A stretch of 64,000 nt of DNA from the NCBI GenBank assembly GCA_039589875.1, contig JBDHGL010000017.1, forward strand, positions 5,875 to 69,874, in the 5' to 3' direction. Both the position numbers and the translations under genes were made by a program. The notes beneath the pieces were generated by a model. It was not told the DNA's origin, did not search any database, and worked only from the letters and a program-made list of their open reading frames with translations. Source of the DNA: Gemmatimonadota bacterium (GTDB lineage: Bacteria > Gemmatimonadota > Gemmatimonadetes > Palauibacterales > Palauibacteraceae). This document shows, piece after piece, positions 58,704 to 64,000 of the stretch (its first letter is position 1; every line of letters begins with the position of its first letter).

Positions 58704-61184
58704 TCAAGCGCCAATCAGGCTCCAACCCCCGTCCGGTTCTACCGCGATGCAGCCCGTGCCTTCCAGATCGGTCCGCCAGATCCGCCTGACGCCCACCGCT
58801 TCCAGCCGATCCACCGTGCTCAGGTGCGGGTGCCCGTAACGGTTCCCTGCGCCCGCCGAGATGAGCGCGAGATCCGCGCCCACCGCTCTCAGCCAGCGGA
58901 GGTTCGACGAGTTCTTGCTCCCGTGGTGGCTCACCTTGAGCACATCGGCGCGCAGGGTGTCGGACGGCCAGAGTTCGACCATACGAGCCTCCTCTGCAGC
59001 CGGTGCGTCCCCGGCGTTGACGTAGGCAAATCCATCACCGACTCCGATCCGCAGGGTAAGGCTGGCATCGTTGGCCCGAATCGGAAGCGGAGAGGATCCC
59101 CCCTGCGGCGCCTCTTCGAAAGAGGCCGCCGGACCCAGTACGAGGAGATCGACCTCGTCGACCCGAAGCCTGGACCCGGGTCTCGCCACGAGCCACGCCG
59201 CACCCTCTTCGGCGACGCGCTGCAGGTGCTCGCGGTAGCGGTCGGTCGGAACGGGCAGCCCGCTGTCCAGGACCCTGCGCACCGGCAGCCGATCGAACAG
59301 GGACGCCGCGCCTCCCACGTGATCCAGATCCGGGTGGGTCAACGCGAAAAGCTCGATCGCGCGGGCCCCGTTGGACAGCAGGAATGGCAGGACGACGCGC
59401 CGGCCCGCATCGGCTCCTCCGAAGCTCGGGCCTGCATCCACGGCGATCCAGCTCCCGCTGCGGGTGCGTACCACCGCGGCGTCCCCCTGCCCCACGTCCA
59501 GTGTGCACACGAGAGTGCGTCCGCTTTCCCACCTGGCCCGCAAGGCGGGAAAAGCCAGAATCAGACCCACCCCCAGACCGATCAACGGGAACGTCCTCCG
59601 GAACCGTCGGCCGCTGGCCAGGAGAACGAGGACGGAAACGAGGCAGCCCACAAGCGTCCACTCGAGGGCTCCCGGACGTCCCACCGACCCGTGGCCGAGC
59701 GGAATCGCGGCGGCCGCCTGGACGAGGGAAAAAAGCCCTCGGATCAGCAGCGTGGAGGCAGCAGCGAAGCTGGCGGCGATCGGCCCGGGCGCGAGAAGGA
59801 CGCCGAGGAGAGCGACGAGAGCCAGCGCAACGAGAGGGGAGCCGAGGAGGCCCGAAAAGACGGAGACCGGGGCGATTCTGTAGAAGTGCCAGGCAGCGAT
59901 CGGGGCGGTCAAGAGAAAGGCTCCGGCGCCCGCCCCGATCATGCGCAGCACCGAGCGCACGGCCTTTCGGGCTTCCTCCCACAGAACCGAGGGACTCTCG
60001 GAAGCCTCGCTCAAAGCGCGGCGGGCGATACGCTCCCCCAACAGAAGACCGGCGAAGCCAGCGAACGAGAGCTGGAACCCGGCATCCAGCAGCGTCAGGG
60101 GATCCGACACGAGCGCGATCAACGCCGCCGCCGCGAGCAGCTCGCTGATCCGAACAGGGCTTCCCCGGGCTCGGCACGCTGCATAGCCGGTGAAGAGCAC
60201 TGCAGCGCGCGCCGCGGCGGGGGGTGCGCCGATCAGAGACACGTAGCCGATTACCAGGGCCGCGGCGGCAAGAAAGCGAGAGCCAGCAACTAGAAACAGA
60301 CCGCTGCCCGCCAGGGCGACGGCGGCCAAAATACCGACATGGAGGCCCGAGATGGCCAACAGGTGAGCTAGCCCTGCGTCGGCGAACGCTCGCGTGGTTC
60401 GCCCATCCAGTCGGCCGCGTTCTGCGAGAAGCAGCGCAACTCCCGCTGGAGCCACATCGGACGGAAGCCGGTTCTCGACTCGATCAATCGCCGCCGCTCT
60501 AGCCGATCGAAGGATGCCCAGTCCCGGCAGCGAAATCGAGAGACCTCCATCCGTCGACTCGGCAGCTCCAGCACCAATGGACCCACGAACGAAACCACGA
60601 CGCTCGGGACGCGTCGGCCACGCCCCCGGCTGACCGTAGGGCAGCCACTGGCCGCTGAGCTCGATCTCCGCGCCGGCAGGGAGACTTTTGGCGGGCCGCC
60701 GGGCGCGGACGGAAACCTCCTTGATTCGGCACGTTCCGGCTGACGCTCTGATGATCGAATGGAGCACCACGAAGCGCGCGGAACGGTCGATAGCCGCCTC
60801 GCCCTGCCGGCCGGCAAGCCCCGACGCGAGCCGACCGCGGAGCTCTACATTGTCGCCGGGCTCGAGGTGGCGAAGGCAGCTCGTCCGGGCGACGGCCCCG
60901 GCCCTCCGACCACCCAAAAGACCGGCCGAGAGCGAAGCGCTCAGCAGCAGAATGATCGGAAGCCATCGCGTGCGTTCCGGTGCGGCTCGGAGCGCAAACC
61001 CTCCGGCCAGACCGACGACGCCGGCCAACAGGATCCCGTAGATGATCGCCAGCGAGCCGGGTGCTGAGAGGGTAGTCGAAGTGCGGAGCCCGATCGCGGT
61101 TCCGGCTCCAAGGGCCAAGGCGGAGAGGCTTAGCGGACCGGGGGACAGACGCACGGCCGGGAGCTGAGCCTTGGCCGGCCTCAC
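58704..61184 (-). CDS. comEC: DNA internalisation competence protein ComEC/Rec2 (with C-terminal MBL domain)
   Basis: 826 aa; N-terminal OB/DUF4131, competence TM core, C-terminal metallo-beta-lactamase (LTHPDLDHVGG). Confidence 0.85.
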   Translation of the reverse strand: MRPAKAQLPAVRLSPGPLSLSALALGAGTAIGLRTSTTLSAPGSLAIIYGILLAGVVGLAGGFALRAAPERTRWLPIILLLSASLSAGLLGGRRAGAVARTSCLRHLEPGDNVELRGRLASGLAGRQGEAAIDRSARFVVLHSIIRASAGTCRIKEVSVRARRPAKSLPAGAEIELSGQWLPYGQPGAWPTRPERRGFVRGSIGAGAAESTDGGLSISLPGLGILRSARAAAIDRVENRLPSDVAPAGVALLLAERGRLDGRTTRAFADAGLAHLLAISGLHVGILAAVALAGSGLFLVAGSRFLAAAALVIGYVSLIGAPPAAARAAVLFTGYAACRARGSPVRISELLAAAALIALVSDPLTLLDAGFQLSFAGFAGLLLGERIARRALSEASESPSVLWEEARKAVRSVLRMIGAGAGAFLLTAPIAAWHFYRIAPVSVFSGLLGSPLVALALVALLGVLLAPGPIAASFAAASTLLIRGLFSLVQAAAAIPLGHGSVGRPGALEWTLVGCLVSVLVLLASGRRFRRTFPLIGLGVGLILAFPALRARWESGRTLVCTLDVGQGDAAVVRTRSGSWIAVDAGPSFGGADAGRRVVLPFLLSNGARAIELFALTHPDLDHVGGAASLFDRLPVRRVLDSGLPVPTDRYREHLQRVAEEGAAWLVARPGSRLRVDEVDLLVLGPAASFEEAPQGGSSPLPIRANDASLTLRIGVGDGFAYVNAGDAPAAEEARMVELWPSDTLRADVLKVSHHGSKNSSNLRWLRAVGADLALISAGAGNRYGHPHLSTVDRLEAVGVRRIWRTDLEGTGCIAVEPDGGWSLIGA

Positions 61185-61435
61185 TCCTTGTCTTCGAGCG
61201 CTCCTCGGTAGTGCTGAAGGAGTTGGCGCGTGCGGAGGTCGGCACGAAGCCCGACGAGGAACACGGCAAGCATGCCGACCAGCGCCGACGCGAAGACCAC
61301 CACAGGGAGCGAGATCGACCGGATCGTCACGAAACCGAGGTTCAAGGTCACGCGTTCACCGGCGTTGGCCGCTGCAAAGCCGAACGAGAACGCGGCCACA
61401 GCCACGAAGCTCAGCGCCCGTGCCCAAAACTTCAT
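61181..61435 (-). CDS. LapA/YciS-like small inner-membrane protein (DUF1049)
   Basis: 84 aa from internal ATG overlapping miaB stop (ATGA); two TM helices; overlaps comEC start by 4 nt. Confidence 0.5.
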   Translation of the reverse strand: MKFWARALSFVAVAAFSFGFAAANAGERVTLNLGFVTIRSISLPVVVFASALVGMLAVFLVGLRADLRTRQLLQHYRGALEDKE

Positions 61436-62841
61436 ACGAGCTCTCCGGCGAAGGTGGCACCGGAAGTGGCTGTCAGTCGGACGCGCCGGTACTCGCCGAT
61501 CCAATCGGCGGGACCGCGGAACGCTACGACCTTGTTCGCTTCCGTTCGACCCAGGAGGTCGCCGGGCGAGCGAGCCTCGCGCTCGACGAGAACCTCACGC
61601 ACGAAACCGACCTCTGCCCGATTGATCTCCGATTGAATCTCCCGCTGCAGATCGATCGTCCGTTCGAGGCGCGACTGGGCGGTCATCGACGGCACGCGCT
61701 CCTCCGACGGGAAGCGGGTGGCAGGCGTTCCGTTCCGCATCGAGAACTTGTAGAGATATGCGTCATCGAACCGTACCTCGGCGAGAAGCGAAAGCGTGGC
61801 CTCGAACTCCTCCTCCGTTTCTCCTGGAAATCCGACGATCACATCTGTGCTGAGGGCCAAATCAGGCACGATTCGCCGGGCGAGCTCGACCTTTTCCAAA
61901 AACGCCGTACGGGTGTACCGTCGCACCATCCTCTTGAGGATCCGGTCAGCACCGGACTGCACCGGAAGGTGAAGCTGTCCGCAAATCACCGGCTCGCTAG
62001 CCATGGCGTCCAGCAGCCGCTCGTTCACATCGTTTGGATGCGGCGAAGTGAACCGCAAGCGGCGAAGACCAGGCACCCGCGCCACGGCCGTAAGCAGGGC
62101 GGCGAAGTCCCAGTCGTCGCTGGAGTACGAGTTCACGGTCTGACCCAAGAGGGTCACCTCGCTGTACCCGCCTTCGACCGCCTCCTCCACTTCCGAGACC
62201 ACCTCGCTCGGTGCTCGGTTTTTCTCTCCGCCGCGAACGTACGGAACGATGCAGAACGTGCAACGGTGGTCGCAGCCCCGCTGGACCGTCACCCATGCCG
62301 AGACCCCTTCCCCACGGATGGAGTGCAGGCCGGCGTAGTCCTCCTCGGGCTCCAGCTCGAGAAGAGACTGTCCTCGTTCCACCGAGCCGCAACGGATCCG
62401 TTCGACGAGCTCGCCGATGAGCCTGTAGGCATCCGGGCCGGCCACGAGATCGACGCCACGCATCTCGTCGAGCAACCGTCCCCCGACTCTCTGGGCCATG
62501 CAACCGGTCACGCCCAACAGGAGATCGGGCTTGTGCTTTCGGAAGCGCTGCAGCTCTCCGAGCCGCCCTCTCACCCGTCGCTCTGCATGCTCCCGGATCG
62601 CACATGTGTTCACCAGGATCACGTCCGCCCTCTCGGGATCGTCGACGCGCACGTAGCCTCGATCGGCGAGGACGCCGGCCATGAGCTCGGTGTCGCCGAT
62701 GTTCATCTGGCAGCCGTAGGTGTCGATGTACACCGTGCCGCCGATCGGGCGGGCGCCGGGCCTCTCGGCTTCCGAGCGGCCACGCTGCAGGTTCACGAGC
62801 TGCGTCACCGCAGGATCCCGTTTTTCCGCCGCACCTGTCAC
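61432..62841 (-). CDS. miaB: tRNA-2-methylthio-N6-dimethylallyladenosine synthase MiaB
   Basis: MTTase N-domain (YIDTYGCQMN), radical SAM CxxxCxxC (CDHRCTFC), TRAM domain. Confidence 0.9.
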   Translation of the reverse strand: MTGAAEKRDPAVTQLVNLQRGRSEAERPGARPIGGTVYIDTYGCQMNIGDTELMAGVLADRGYVRVDDPERADVILVNTCAIREHAERRVRGRLGELQRFRKHKPDLLLGVTGCMAQRVGGRLLDEMRGVDLVAGPDAYRLIGELVERIRCGSVERGQSLLELEPEEDYAGLHSIRGEGVSAWVTVQRGCDHRCTFCIVPYVRGGEKNRAPSEVVSEVEEAVEGGYSEVTLLGQTVNSYSSDDWDFAALLTAVARVPGLRRLRFTSPHPNDVNERLLDAMASEPVICGQLHLPVQSGADRILKRMVRRYTRTAFLEKVELARRIVPDLALSTDVIVGFPGETEEEFEATLSLLAEVRFDDAYLYKFSMRNGTPATRFPSEERVPSMTAQSRLERTIDLQREIQSEINRAEVGFVREVLVEREARSPGDLLGRTEANKVVAFRGPADWIGEYRRVRLTATSGATFAGELV

Positions 62842-62909
62842 CTCATGATTCGATTCGCAATCAACCCACGATCAAAGATGTCGTCTGAGCGACCGAGGAT
62901 CCAGATTGG

Positions 62910-64000
62910 CTATTGGACGAGCGAGGCAGTGAAGTTGAGTCCCGTGAAGCTCTCCTCGGTCCCGGTGGTCTCGAGATCGCCGCGGCTGCCGAACTCGAAG
63001 CCCAGGTCGATTCGTGCCCGGCCTCCGAGAACGACGCCAAGGCCGAAGGTAATCGCCTGCTCCTTGGATTGTTCGAATTCAGGTAGGATGAACGGCAGGT
63101 CCCTCGTGCGGGCGCCCGCCCGGATCGCCACCGGAATGCTGCCGAAGAAGACGCTGTACGCGAGACCGCCGCCCAACCACGACACATCGGCCGTGCCGAA
63201 CGATCCCGGATCGGGTTCTGTCTGCGACCAGCCCGACCAGCCGCCGCCTACGGCGACAAAGAAGCGATTGGTGATCAAGCCGCTGGCGCCGCCCTCGAAC
63301 CCGCTCGGCAGCCTGAACTCTCGTTCCAGAGGGGATTGAAGACGCTCGGCCGTCAGGTCCGTCGCGAAGAAGTAGGCTCCGCTCAGCACGAATCGATCGT
63401 ACAGCTCCGCGTTGAGTCCGGCTTTCACCGACCAGCCTCGGTAGTCGGTTTCCGAGGCCTGGACTACGCCGCCCGGAAGGAAGCCCGATCCATCGATATC
63501 TTCCGTGAAGCGGCGTCGGAAGCTCTGCTGGAGGCTCCCTGTCAAGCGTTGAATACCAACGCCGACCCCCACCGGACCGAGCTTTCGCCCGATCGAGACA
63601 TCGATCTGACTGAGCCCGCCATCGCGAGTCCGCTGTTCCTCGAACTCGAAGCGACCGAGCGATGAGTCCAATGTGTCGGTGACGATGATCCGCATATCCT
63701 GATCCAGCAGGCCGCCGAAGCCGACCCGGACCGCCCAATCACCCAACGGGACCACTGCACCGATCACCGGAAACCAGCTGCGCCCGGTGTTTTGCGTCGC
63801 GCTCGGGCTGGTCAGGTCGACGTTCTCGCCAGCGACGGCGACGGCCACGGCAGCCGAGCTGTGCAGGGTGACGTCGGCCGGGTTCCCCAGCGAGAAGCTC
63901 CCTCCCAGGAGGCCGTTGGTAACGCCGCCCAGTGCGATCGACCGGGCATCGATGGATCGGATCGGATAGCCGAGACCGACGGCCGTGAACGGGATCTGGG
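62910..64000 (-). CDS. outer-membrane beta-barrel protein (FadL/PorV-like), N-terminus beyond window end
   Basis: Alternating amphipathic beta-strand pattern; frame stays open upstream of the track start to position 64000. Confidence 0.55.
   Translation of the reverse strand, partial: QIPFTAVGLGYPIRSIDARSIALGGVTNGLLGGSFSLGNPADVTLHSSAAVAVAVAGENVDLTSPSATQNTGRSWFPVIGAVVPLGDWAVRVGFGGLLDQDMRIIVTDTLDSSLGRFEFEEQRTRDGGLSQIDVSIGRKLGPVGVGVGIQRLTGSLQQSFRRRFTEDIDGSGFLPGGVVQASETDYRGWSVKAGLNAELYDRFVLSGAYFFATDLTAERLQSPLEREFRLPSGFEGGASGLITNRFFVAVGGGWSGWSQTEPDPGSFGTADVSWLGGGLAYSVFFGSIPVAIRAGARTRDLPFILPEFEQSKEQAITFGLGVVLGGRARIDLGFEFGSRGDLETTGTEESFTGLNFTASLVQ

Overview
High-GC (~68%) bacterial chromosomal segment that is densely coding, with about 60 genes, most of them translationally coupled by ATGA/GTGA/TTGA overlaps. 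I found no rRNA, tRNA, CRISPR array, transposase or integrase. The content is core metabolism and housekeeping. Left part, 1-7.8 kb (+): a beta-oxidation-like block of three crotonases, an aldehyde dehydrogenase, a thiolase, a GNAT and a 3-hydroxyacyl-CoA dehydrogenase. 7.9-21.6 kb (-): a long co-directional array, rpmA-rplU (with an unusual C-terminal extension), RNase G, an acyl-CoA dehydrogenase, RecQ, an alpha/beta hydrolase, an MBL hydrolase, Tag glycosylase and two membrane proteins, followed by an AtuA/DUF4387 + acyl-CoA carboxyltransferase + B12-binding mutase small subunit + crotonase operon. 23-33 kb (-): MCM large subunit, MeaB, MgtE, YbeY, a 7TM-HD protein, PhoH and AspS. 33.5-52 kb: rlmN, panCD, an NFACT/RqcH homolog and lexA, then a long + strand run of truA, htrA (frameshifted), purB, purC, purS, purQ, purL, purF, a secreted 5'-nucleotidase and adenosine deaminase. 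Right end, 52-64 kb: a secreted EEP-family lipoprotein, a 1071-aa TonB-dependent receptor, fbp, comEC, a LapA-like gene, miaB and an outer-membrane beta-barrel protein running off the window. The most notable observations are: (1) ribosomal protein L21 fused through an Ala/Pro/Glu linker to a clear peripheral-subunit-binding (E3-binding) domain; (2) a frameshift inside the PDZ region of htrA; (3) adenosine deaminase with a ~110-aa N-terminal extension, embedded with a signal-peptide 5'-nucleotidase at the end of the pur operon; (4) an AtuA-DUF4387-carboxyltransferase-B12 subunit operon with no biotin carboxylase subunit nearby; (5) a small 2-TM ORF GTGA-coupled to tag-MBL-hydrolase-recQ; (6) candidate operators, namely tandem TTCGG-TAC/TACGTT repeats over the lexA promoter and an AT-rich perfect palindrome over a sigma70-like promoter upstream of the TonB receptor; (7) a 115-nt long-stem inverted repeat downstream of fbp. 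All calls rest on reading the translated ORFs and the sequence itself. No database search was run.
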